From Ignavibacteriota bacterium (lineage in GTDB: Bacteria; Bacteroidota; Ignavibacteria; UBA10030): 64,000 nucleotides of DNA. Each line of letters opens with the position of its first letter. Position 1 is the stretch's first letter. The stretch is taken from the NCBI GenBank assembly GCA_963701295.1, contig OY969585.1, forward strand, positions 1,376,001 through 1,440,000, in the 5' to 3' direction. The notes under the pieces are model-generated. The model had not been told where the DNA came from. It searched no databases and saw nothing but the letters and a program-made list of their open reading frames with translations. The translations under genes were made by a program, and so were the position numbers. Below, in pieces: positions 29,468 to 37,850 of this stretch.

Positions 29468-29842
29468 CGCGACATTAGAAACATTTCGTGTCCGATACCA
29501 ACATAAAAGAAATAAAAAACCAGGGGTTGTAAAAACCAACCAAGCCCAGCCATTTGGAAACTTACTGGCGGTTGCAAAATGAAAGATATAAAACATTACT
29601 AAGCTTCCCACTGTGATGCTTCCTCCAATGCCTTCTTGCCACCAAGCAAGAATCATTCCAATAGAAATCCCAACAGGAAAGAATAATAGCCCAATCCATT
29701 CTGTCGGCCTAATCAGTGTAGGGCTGAATCCTTCACCTACAATGAATAATAGTATGAAGCCAATGCTCACAATACTCAACATTCTTGCTGTCCAACGAAT
29801 TATGTGGGTTAATCTAGGCTGAGACTTATTCGAATTCTCCAT
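29462..29842 (-). CDS. small 4-TM membrane protein carried as an integron-like cassette
   Basis: 126 aa, RWTAR...LAWW.EGIGG...PGFLFL; preceded by GTTAGGC (29885-29891), stop TAA lies inside GCCTAAC. Confidence 0.8.
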   Translation of the reverse strand: MENSNKSQPRLTHIIRWTARMLSIVSIGFILLFIVGEGFSPTLIRPTEWIGLLFFPVGISIGMILAWWQEGIGGSITVGSLVMFYIFHFATASKFPNGWAWLVFTTPGFLFLLCWYRTRNVSNVAA

Positions 29843-29884
29843 GTTCTCATCCTTTCATAAATATTCTAGTCATACCTTTTAGCC

Positions 29885-30152
29885 GCCTAACGGACGGATG
29901 CTAATCCCGATTTGACAAACTTGATGCTTTATATTAAGCTTTGGTCGAATCGAGGATCTCGTAAAGCGGGAGTTGCGGCACTGCAAACTTTCAAATTGTT
30001 GATAACGAAACAAGTTCATTCTGAAAAGTTTATTATTAAACATCCGAACCTCTATATGCCATGCTTAACGTACCTATGCTCATTCATAATTAGTATCACG
30101 CTTCGCGTGATTCATTCTTCTGGACAAGCCGAGCTTGAGCACCTGGTTAGGC
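29885..30152 (-). mobile_element. attC-like recombination site of cassette 1
   Basis: R'' GCCTAAC (30146-30152), L'' TGCTCAA, L' TTAGCA lacking the extra base, R' GTTAGGC (29885-29891). Confidence 0.7.
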
Positions 30153-30182
30153 GGCGAACTATCGGTCAAGAACTCTTGCAAG

Positions 30183-30872
30183 TTAAATCGCTATTTTTTT
30201 AATACTATTTCCTTTAGTTATAGCAGCAACTTTATCAGCAAGTGTTGGACTGACTTTTAGAACTTGAGCCTTGGTGAGCTTATGCCAAACAGTGAGAATT
30301 ACCTTATGGCCATCCATCTCACGCGCAGTAAGTCCATTTAATTCATATTGTGGCCAATTCTTAGAAAAAAACGCCTGAGATAAGATAACAATTCCATATC
30401 GGGAATTTGCAAGTCCATGGTCAATTGATTGCCGCAAACTATCACCAACTTGAAGCTCAAACTCATCATACCAAATTCTATAACCCATTTTTTCAAGAGC
30501 ATTGGCTAAAGGACGCACTATTACTTTTTTATCTTCTGACGCGTGAGAGATAAAAGCGTCATAACCTATATCTTCAGAATTAATTAAAGATTTCTCAAAA
30601 TCGTCCGCGCTCATTCGAAGCATAAGTCCTATGTGCATTGAGAATGCTTCGTCTGCAGATTTAAAAGCGGATTTAGGGTAAAGGTTCATCGGCGTCCCGC
30701 CTCCGACAACCCACCATTCTGGATCTTTCTTATCTGTGGTAGTAACTGAAAGAACAATATCTTCGCGACCAAGGAGATGAAAGCGTTCAGCGAAGGAAAC
30801 GCGTTTCACTTTTGTATGAGCTTCTAGCTCAACATAATCTTTCGCATGTTTGACCAGTTGTTTTAGATTCAT
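30183..30872 (-). CDS. TIR-domain protein with uncharacterised N-terminal domain (integron-like cassette)
   Basis: YDAFISHASEDK, WYDEFELQVGDSL, SRYGIVILS, WPQYEL; GTTAGGC 21 bp upstream of ATG. Confidence 0.88.
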   Translation of the reverse strand: MNLKQLVKHAKDYVELEAHTKVKRVSFAERFHLLGREDIVLSVTTTDKKDPEWWVVGGGTPMNLYPKSAFKSADEAFSMHIGLMLRMSADDFEKSLINSEDIGYDAFISHASEDKKVIVRPLANALEKMGYRIWYDEFELQVGDSLRQSIDHGLANSRYGIVILSQAFFSKNWPQYELNGLTAREMDGHKVILTVWHKLTKAQVLKVSPTLADKVAAITKGNSIKKIAI

Positions 30873-30887
30873 AGTAATGTATTTTTT

Positions 30888-31027
30888 TGGCCGCCTAACT
30901 ATGATTAGACGGACAAGTCCGGCGTAACAATATTACTCGGATTGGTCCGCGTAATATACATTACATGGATCAGTCTGCGTAATAAATGTTATCATGGATT
31001 TGTCTACTAATGTATACACTACAACTA
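30888..31027. repeat. attI-position array of 4-5 tandem 28-bp 11-6-11 dif-like units
   Basis: Units start at 30888, 30916, 30944, 30972 and (weaker) 31000; the first contains the cassette crossover core GCCTAAC. Confidence 0.65.
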
Positions 31028-31083
31028 CCCCTTGCATTCTAAGAAGGCCTTGGCACAGGCTTTGTAAATTTAGCGCTTGCGCT

Positions 31084-31112
31084 AATATAACAGTTCATTT
31101 TCAAGTTGTCAA
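31084..31112 (-). promoter_or_regulatory. Pc-like cassette promoter (TTGACA-N17-TATATT)
   Basis: Perfect -35, 17-bp spacer, points toward the cassette array. Confidence 0.65.
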
Positions 31113-31467
31113 TCCATTCGGAAGAAGCATAACATTTCGACCACTAAAAAAGGCAGCAACCATCACCGCCTCTGGTTCGAACTATGAACAGCCTGAACAG
31201 ATTGCTCTTTCATCGTCGTTCTGGAAAGGCGCAGCAGTAAAGCTCCGCGTGATCTCCACTGCCTCGGACAAACACAGCCGTATAATCTCTTTCAGATTGT
31301 CTGTATGTGCCTGAGGTGTGGGCGGGAACTCTGTCCGAAAATTTTTCTCTTTTTTATCAAAAACCTGAAGGACAAATGAATCACAATATCTGATAGAGAG
31401 ATTTATCGGATTGAATACCTAAATTCTCAACTAACAATTATGTTAAAACCTTGGATAGACTTTCTTC

Positions 31468-31496
31468 TTGATTATTTGCGTGTTTATAGCTATATT
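31468..31496 (+). promoter_or_regulatory. sigma70-type promoter of the yceD-rpmF-fab operon (TTGATT-N17-TATATT)
   Basis: 17-bp spacer, 74 bp upstream of yceD. Confidence 0.55.
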
Positions 31497-31569
31497 TTTA
31501 AATATTTTTTTGCAAAGTCTGTTCGTTTCCTTGCCAATTTTGATAGCTTCCGGCTGAGCCGGAGTTCAC

Positions 31570-32091
31570 GTGGTGGTTTTTGTGGCTGAATTTCGGATAA
31601 ATATCGCAAATCTCTCGGAAGGAATTCACGAGTATGTCTTTGAAGCCGAACCTTCCAAGATCGGTTTGGATGAGCGATTCAGGAGCATCGTAAAGGTCAA
31701 GGTAAAGCTCGATAAGAGTTTACGTCAAATTCTCCTTCAGGTGAAAATGTGGGCTGAAGGGGAATTTATTTGCGACCGGTGTCTTGATAATTTTATTTGG
31801 CAGATGGATAAGAAGTATTCTATGGTTTATATCCAAGGCAACCGATCCACAATCGATTTGAAAAAAGGAGAGGAAATTCAGGTTCTTTCTGCAGATACGA
31901 ATTACGTCGATCTGGATGAGGATGTGAGGCAATATATACTTTTAGCCATCCCGCAGAAACTTTTATGTCAAGAAGATTGTTTGGGTATCTGCCCAACATG
32001 TGGAGTGAATAGAAATAACGAGAGTTGTACATGTGATGCTGAAGTGACAGACTCACGATGGGACACGCTGAAGAAGCTATCTCATAACTAA
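31570..32091 (+). CDS. yceD: YceD/DUF177 ribosome biogenesis protein
   Basis: CDRCL, LCQEDCLGICPTCG, DSRWDTLKKL; upstream of rpmF. Confidence 0.9.
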   Translation: MVVFVAEFRINIANLSEGIHEYVFEAEPSKIGLDERFRSIVKVKVKLDKSLRQILLQVKMWAEGEFICDRCLDNFIWQMDKKYSMVYIQGNRSTIDLKKGEEIQVLSADTNYVDLDEDVRQYILLAIPQKLLCQEDCLGICPTCGVNRNNESCTCDAEVTDSRWDTLKKLSHN

Positions 32092-32130
32092 TTGAAAGCG
32101 AAAAGAGAATATTATTGAAGGAAAAACTAT

Positions 32131-32313
32131 ATGCCTAATCCTAAACGACGACATTCCAAAGCCCGTGGGCGTAAACGCCGAACGCACTACAAGGCGTCAG
32201 TTCCGTCAACGCAGGAGTGCCCAAATTGCCACGAGCAAAAACTGCAACATCGGGCGTGTCCCCACTGTGGATTTTATAACGGCCGCTCCATCGTCACTCC
32301 GAAGGAAACCTAA
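32131..32313 (+). CDS. rpmF: 50S ribosomal protein L32 (zinc-ribbon type)
   Basis: MPNPKRRHSK, CPNC...HRACPHCGFY. Confidence 0.95.
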   Translation: MPNPKRRHSKARGRKRRTHYKASVPSTQECPNCHEQKLQHRACPHCGFYNGRSIVTPKET

Positions 32314-32363
32314 TAAGCAGGACGCGTTTTGGTGCCGGATAACTGGTCTCTGAAGCGAATCTC

Positions 32364-33383
32364 ATGGAATCCCCCAAGAAATTACGTATCGCAATTGATG
32401 CAATGGGAGGAGACTATGCACCCGAGCGGGAAATTGCCGGCGCCGTAGAAGCTCGCCGAACATCAAACGGGAAATTCGAAATCATTCTTGTGGGAGATGA
32501 ACAAGCTATTCGTCGTCAGCTTTTTGAGCAGAAAGCGAATGATCTTCCTTGGAAAATTGTGCACGCATCGCAGATTATCACAATGGAAGATTCACCGACC
32601 GCGGCACTGAAGCAAAAGAAAGATTCTTCCCTCGCTGTCGGAATGCGTCTCCATCAGGAAAGAAAAGCAGATGCCTTTGTCAGCGTCGGTAATACAGGTG
32701 CGGTACTCTCAGCGGCGACACTTATTTTGGGACGTATCAAGGGCGTCAGCCGTCCAACGATCGGGACATTTATCCCGGCAGAGCATGGCACATGTTTACT
32801 GGTAGATGCGGGTGCCAATGTTGATTGTCGTGCGCAACAGCTTTATGAGTTTGCGGTAATGGGAAGTATCTATATCCAATTGCTCCGGAAAAAAGAACGC
32901 CCTACAATCGCCCTTCTCAATATTGGAGAGGAAGAATCTAAAGGTACAGAAGCCGTCATAAAAGCGTATAAGCTTCTTTCGGCAAGCACGCTCAATTTTA
33001 TTGGTAATGTTGAAGGACGGGATATTTTAAAAGCGAAAGCCGATGTTGTTGTATGCGATGGTTTTACCGGTAATAGTATTTTAAAATTCGGTGAGAGTGT
33101 TCCTGGGTTCTTGAAGAGTAAATTGAGACAGTTTGCAGAACAAGGATTTATAAACAAGATTGCTGTCGGCCTTGCCTTGTGGCCTCTCAAAGCATCCCTC
33201 AGTGATATGGATCCAAACAAAGAAGGTGGTGTGCCGGTATTGGGGGTGAAAGGTGTCACTATCATAGGTCATGGAAGTTCGACAGCAATAGGAATCAAGA
33301 ATATGATTCTCCGTGCTGCTGAAGTAGCACACACACAGGTAAACCGAGATATTGAAGCGGCATTACTAGTCCCTGTTTTATAA
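32364..33383 (+). CDS. plsX: phosphate acyltransferase
   Basis: IAIDAMGGDYAP, GNTGA, DAGAN, NIGEEESKG, CDGFTGN, IGHGSS. Confidence 0.95.
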   Translation: MESPKKLRIAIDAMGGDYAPEREIAGAVEARRTSNGKFEIILVGDEQAIRRQLFEQKANDLPWKIVHASQIITMEDSPTAALKQKKDSSLAVGMRLHQERKADAFVSVGNTGAVLSAATLILGRIKGVSRPTIGTFIPAEHGTCLLVDAGANVDCRAQQLYEFAVMGSIYIQLLRKKERPTIALLNIGEEESKGTEAVIKAYKLLSASTLNFIGNVEGRDILKAKADVVVCDGFTGNSILKFGESVPGFLKSKLRQFAEQGFINKIAVGLALWPLKASLSDMDPNKEGGVPVLGVKGVTIIGHGSSTAIGIKNMILRAAEVAHTQVNRDIEAALLVPVL

Positions 33384-33394
33384 AAAAGGAAAAG

Positions 33395-34405
33395 ATGGAA
33401 TTACGACGAGCAACAATTACAGCAGTTAGTCATTATGTTCCTGAAAAGATACTCTCAAATTCTGATCTTGAGAAGATGGTTGAAACGAACGATGAATGGA
33501 TTCGTACTCGTACGGGTATTCGTGAGCGGCATATTCTCGAAAAAGGAGCGACTTCAGATTTAGTAGTAAAAGCAGTTCAACAGTTGCTGACAAATCGCGG
33601 TATCGGTGCTGCGGAGATTGACCTGATCATCGTTGCCACTATTACACCGGACATGATGTTGCCGACAACAGCATGTCTTGTGCAGGATAGAATCGGAGCA
33701 CGAAATGCATGGGCGTTTGATCTCAATGCGGCATGTTCTGGATTTCTCTTTGGTCTTAGTGTCGGTGCACGGTTCATTGAGACTGGAGTGCATTCCAAGA
33801 TCATCGTCGTTGGAGCGGATAAGATGAGTTCCATTACCGATTATACTGATCGGAACACATGTATTCTATTTGGTGATGCGGCAGGGGCAGTATTGCTTGA
33901 GCCGACCAACGAGAAAGAGTACGGCATTCTAGATCAGTGCTTCTATAGTGATGGTTCCGGCGGCAAGTATCTCCATGTGAAAGGTGGCGGAAGTTTGAAC
34001 CCGCCGACTCATGAAACCATCGACAAAAAGATGCACTATGTGTATCAGGATGGTAAGTCGGTTTTTAAGAGCGCTGTTATAGGAATGGCTGATGTTGCGG
34101 CGGAAATCTTGGAACGCAACCATTTACAAGGGAAAGATATTGCCTGGCTTGTCCCGCATCAGGCAAATCTTCGCATCATCGATGCGACAGCACAACGTAT
34201 GGGTATTGATCGCAGCAAAGTGATGATCAATATCGATCGGTATGGCAATACAACAGCGGCAACAATTCCGCTTTGTTTATCCGAATGGTGGCAAGCAGGT
34301 CAGTTAAAACGCGGACAGAAAATTGTACTTGCAGCATTTGGCGCCGGCTACACTTGGGGCGCAACACTGATGAATTGGTCATTAACGAATCCGAAGAAGC
34401 GATAA
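33395..34405 (+). CDS. fabH: beta-ketoacyl-ACP synthase III
   Basis: WIRTRTGIRER, AACSGF, LFGDAAGA, PHQAN, GNTTAA. Confidence 0.95.
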   Translation: MELRRATITAVSHYVPEKILSNSDLEKMVETNDEWIRTRTGIRERHILEKGATSDLVVKAVQQLLTNRGIGAAEIDLIIVATITPDMMLPTTACLVQDRIGARNAWAFDLNAACSGFLFGLSVGARFIETGVHSKIIVVGADKMSSITDYTDRNTCILFGDAAGAVLLEPTNEKEYGILDQCFYSDGSGGKYLHVKGGGSLNPPTHETIDKKMHYVYQDGKSVFKSAVIGMADVAAEILERNHLQGKDIAWLVPHQANLRIIDATAQRMGIDRSKVMINIDRYGNTTAATIPLCLSEWWQAGQLKRGQKIVLAAFGAGYTWGATLMNWSLTNPKKR

Positions 34406-34407
34406 CG

Positions 34408-35334
34408 ATGCTCAAGACTGCATTTGTTTTTCCGGGACAAGGATCGCAATATGTCGGTATGGGGAAAGACCTTTATGAAGGGAATACTCAAGCCAAAGAA
34501 CTTTTTAGCAAAGCGGATGAGACGCTCAGTATTTCTCTTAGTAAAATTTGTTTTAACGGACCGGATGAAGAATTGAGACAAACAAAGAATACACAACCTG
34601 CAATATTTCTCCACAGTGTTGTGTTGTTCAGTCTGATGAAAAACAAAAAATTCGAAATGGCGGCCGGACATTCTCTTGGCGAATATTCTGCACTGGTCGC
34701 AGCAGGTGCATTGACGTTTGAGGACGGATTGAAACTTGTCCGATTGCGCGGTGAGTTAATGCAACAAGCTGGCGTTGTACAACCGGGAACCATGGCAGCT
34801 ATTGTCGGCCTTGATCCAAAAACGGTCAATGGAATCTGTGCTGAGGCATCCTCGGCGGGTATAGTGCAAGCGGCGAATTTTAATTCGCCGGGTCAGATTG
34901 TCATCTCCGGTTCGGTTACGGGAGTACGAAAAGCAATGGAGCTTGCAAAAACACGCGGTGCAAAAATCGTTAAAGAACTTCCGGTAAGCGGTGCGTTTCA
35001 TTCACCATTGATGAAATCAGCGCAAGCAGGATTAAAAGAGGCATTAGACAAAACGGAGATTCAAGATGCGGCGATCCCGGTCTATGTCAATGTTACAGCC
35101 AGGCCCGTTCATCATGCGGATGAAATCAGGAGTTTACTCTATAGACAATTGACGAGCCCTGTACGTTGGGAAGAAAGTATTACAAACATGATTGCCGACG
35201 GTGCGATAACATTTACGGAAATTGGCCCTGGAAAAGTACTTCAAGGGTTGGTAAAACGGATCGACGGGAATGTTAAGACGTGCGGATTTGAAAAATTGGC
35301 TGATGTCACAGGTACAGATATAGTATCGAATTAA
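34408..35334 (+). CDS. fabD: malonyl-CoA:ACP transacylase
   Basis: FPGQGSQ, GHSLGEY, SGAFHS, EIGPG; ATG 34408 directly follows the fabH stop. Confidence 0.95.
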   Translation: MLKTAFVFPGQGSQYVGMGKDLYEGNTQAKELFSKADETLSISLSKICFNGPDEELRQTKNTQPAIFLHSVVLFSLMKNKKFEMAAGHSLGEYSALVAAGALTFEDGLKLVRLRGELMQQAGVVQPGTMAAIVGLDPKTVNGICAEASSAGIVQAANFNSPGQIVISGSVTGVRKAMELAKTRGAKIVKELPVSGAFHSPLMKSAQAGLKEALDKTEIQDAAIPVYVNVTARPVHHADEIRSLLYRQLTSPVRWEESITNMIADGAITFTEIGPGKVLQGLVKRIDGNVKTCGFEKLADVTGTDIVSN

Positions 35335-35397
35335 TGGAATGATCTATAATGAGTAATCTCAATATATTTTCAGTATTATGTAAAGATAAGGAATAGT

Positions 35398-36144
35398 ATG
35401 GGTGTTCTCGATAAAAAAGTAGCATTAGTCACAGGTGGCGCACGTGGCATCGGCAGGGAAATAGCATCAAAGCTTGCATCGGAAGGTGCCCATGTGGCGT
35501 TTACTGATATCCGGTTAGAGGGAGCGGCAGACGAAGTTGTGAACTTAATCCGTGCAAAAGGTGTTCGAGCAATGGCAATTCAATCGGATGTAAGGAACTT
35601 CGCCGAAGCACAGAATGCGATTGATGCGGTTGTAAAAGAGTATCAACGAATCGATATTCTGGTGAACAATGCAGGAATTACTCGGGACAATCTAATTATG
35701 CGAATGTCGGAAGACGAATGGGATTCTGTCATCGCTATTAATTTGAAAGGTACGTTTAATTTTTGTAAAGCTGCGAGCCGGCAAATGATCGGCCAGAGAG
35801 AAGGAAAGATCGTCAATATCGCTTCGGTTGTGGGAGTAATGGGCAATGCCGGTCAAGTAAATTATTCTGCATCAAAGGCAGGCGTTATAGGCCTTACCAA
35901 AACACTTGCAAAAGAGTTCGCATCTCGCAATATTCAAGTGAATGCTGTGGCACCGGGATTCATCGATACGGAAATGACACAGAAATTAACTCCCCAACAA
36001 CGCGAGGCCCTTTTGGGTGCAATTCCCATGAAAAGAATAGCAAAGCCGGAAGAAATTGCAAGTGTCGTAGTATTTCTTGCTTCACCAGCCGCAAGCTATA
36101 TCACCGGTCAGGTAATCAATGTAGATGGCGGACTTGTCATGTAA
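35398..36144 (+). CDS. fabG: 3-oxoacyl-ACP reductase
   Basis: [27 protein letters not shown]. Confidence 0.95.
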   Translation: MGVLDKKVALVTGGARGIGREIASKLASEGAHVAFTDIRLEGAADEVVNLIRAKGVRAMAIQSDVRNFAEAQNAIDAVVKEYQRIDILVNNAGITRDNLIMRMSEDEWDSVIAINLKGTFNFCKAASRQMIGQREGKIVNIASVVGVMGNAGQVNYSASKAGVIGLTKTLAKEFASRNIQVNAVAPGFIDTEMTQKLTPQQREALLGAIPMKRIAKPEEIASVVVFLASPAASYITGQVINVDGGLVM

Positions 36145-36197
36145 ATGAAATAATCAACCAAAACGTAATATCCTAAAACAATCTAAGGAGTAATACA

Positions 36198-36434
36198 ATG
36201 GCAGATTCTACTGAGAAAGTGAAAGAGATCATCGTCTCAAAATTAGGCGTTGATGCAGCTCAAGTAACACCGGAAGCATCTTTCACAAACGATCTCGGTG
36301 CCGATTCGCTCGATACAGTTGAGCTGGTCATGGAGTTCGAGAAAGCATTCAACATTCAAATCCCGGATGAAGATGCCGAAAAAATTGCCAGTGTTGGCGA
36401 TGTGATTAATTACCTGAAGTCAAAAGGTTTATAA
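36198..36434 (+). CDS. acpP: acyl carrier protein
   Basis: [12 protein letters not shown]; AAGGAG RBS. Confidence 0.97.
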   Translation: MADSTEKVKEIIVSKLGVDAAQVTPEASFTNDLGADSLDTVELVMEFEKAFNIQIPDEDAEKIASVGDVINYLKSKGL

Positions 36435-36509
36435 TTGCCCTCGGCATATAGCAGTAACGAGAGCAACAAATTGAATCAGAGGAGCTCTCTCTTTTTTGAG
36501 AATTATCAC

Positions 36510-36540
36510 GCGGGGCGTATAGAAGTTTTCTGCGCCTCGC
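36510..36540 (+). terminator. GC-rich hairpin between acpP and fabF (attenuator or stabiliser)
   Basis: GCGGGGCGTA...TGCGCCTCGC; weak T tail. Confidence 0.35.
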
Positions 36541-36568
36541 ATCATTTTCGATTGATGAGGAAGAAGAT

Positions 36569-37831
36569 ATGGCAGTGGATGAAAGCAGGCGGCGTGTAGT
36601 AGTGACAGGGATGGGTGTTATTACTCCCCTCGGCAACACTGTACAGGAATATTGGCAAGCATTGATTGAGGGAAAAAGCGGTGCCGGGCCGATTACGCTT
36701 TTCGATGCGAGTAACTTCGAAACGAAGTTTGCCTGCGAAGTAAAGGGATTCGATCCGATGAAGTATATGGATCGAAAACTTGCGCAGCGCGCCGATCTCT
36801 TTACATTGTACGGAATTGCTGCTTGCAAGGAAGCGATGAAAGATTCAGGTTTGAATCTCGAGAAAGAAGATCTTGAACGCATAGGCGTCATCTTTGGCTC
36901 CGGAATTGGCGGGATGTGGACATACCACAAGCAATTCATGAATTATATCGATGGCAAAGGACCGCGCCTTATCAGCCCATTCTTCATTCCCATGTTGATT
37001 CCGGATATTGCCGCAGGCCGCATCTCAATGATTTACGGTCTGAAAGGCCCAAACTATGCAACCGTATCTGCATGTGCAACATCTTCTCATGCTATAGGAG
37101 ACGCCTTCATGCTGATCCAGCGTGGGAATGCAGATATCATGGTGACAGGAGGCGGTGAGGCAAGTATCTGTCCGATGGGTATCGGTGGATTCAATGCCTT
37201 AAGAGCTTTATCTACGCGCAACGACGCTCCTCAGAAAGCCAGCCGTCCGTTTGATAAAGGTCGTGATGGTTTTGTGATGGGCGAGGGCAGTGGAATTCTT
37301 GTGTTGGAAGAACGTAAGCATGCTATGAATCGCGGCGCGAAAATTTACGCTGAACTTTCCGGTATTGGTTTCACCGGTGATGCGCACCATATCACTGAGC
37401 CAGCTCCGGGTGGAGAAGGCGCAGTGCGAGCTATGCGCATCGCCATTCGCGATGCAGGATTAATACCGGAAGATATCGACCATGTGAACACTCATGGCAC
37501 ATCAACACCTCCAGGTGATAGAAGTGAAACTGCCGCCATCAAAACGGTTTTTGGGGAACGTGCTAAAAAAATTGCTATCAATTCCACAAAGTCAATGGTA
37601 GGTCATCTCCTTGGCGCAGCGGGTGTCGTCGAAGCGGTTGCCACTATTATGGCAATTCAAAATAATAAAGTACATCCGACGATTAATCAAGAGACACCCG
37701 ATCCGGAATGCGATTTGAATTACATCCCGAATAAAGCACAAGATTGGAATGTTAACGTAGCGATCAGCAATACGTTTGGATTCGGAGGTCATAACGCAAC
37801 CCTTCTATTTAGAAGGTATCAAGAAAGCTAA
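36569..37831 (+). CDS. fabF: beta-ketoacyl-ACP synthase II
   Basis: RRVVVTGMG, SACAT, NTHGTST, GHLLGA, FGFGGHN. Confidence 0.95.
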   Translation: MAVDESRRRVVVTGMGVITPLGNTVQEYWQALIEGKSGAGPITLFDASNFETKFACEVKGFDPMKYMDRKLAQRADLFTLYGIAACKEAMKDSGLNLEKEDLERIGVIFGSGIGGMWTYHKQFMNYIDGKGPRLISPFFIPMLIPDIAAGRISMIYGLKGPNYATVSACATSSHAIGDAFMLIQRGNADIMVTGGGEASICPMGIGGFNALRALSTRNDAPQKASRPFDKGRDGFVMGEGSGILVLEERKHAMNRGAKIYAELSGIGFTGDAHHITEPAPGGEGAVRAMRIAIRDAGLIPEDIDHVNTHGTSTPPGDRSETAAIKTVFGERAKKIAINSTKSMVGHLLGAAGVVEAVATIMAIQNNKVHPTINQETPDPECDLNYIPNKAQDWNVNVAISNTFGFGGHNATLLFRRYQES

Positions 37832-37850
37832 ACCTTCCCACAGGTAGTTC

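Noticed and set aside
25728-30185. Two in-frame TAA codons as evidence for stop-codon reassignment
   Set aside because: Many conserved genes here (aroK, aroB, ptsH, rpmF, acpP, fabG, gcvP) end correctly at TAA.
29912-30202. 96-aa plus-strand ORF
   Set aside because: It runs antisense through the attC site with a TTG start and no RBS or recognisable motif.
30888-31027. 28-bp periodic repeats read as a CRISPR array
   Set aside because: Units are contiguous and degenerate with no unique spacers of 30-40 bp, and there are no cas genes; the geometry fits recombinase sites instead.
30994-31314. 106-aa plus-strand ORF as an integron integrase
   Set aside because: Too short, has no R-H-x-x-R/H/Y tyrosine recombinase motifs, and overlaps the repeat array and promoter.
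31130-31335. Possible 6S RNA or riboswitch
   Set aside because: Only patchy end-to-end complementarity by eye and no recognisable consensus; needs an Rfam search.
34273-34407. N-terminal extension of fabD in the ORF track
   Set aside because: It overlaps fabH; the conserved FabD start (MLKTAFVFPGQGSQ) is at 34408.
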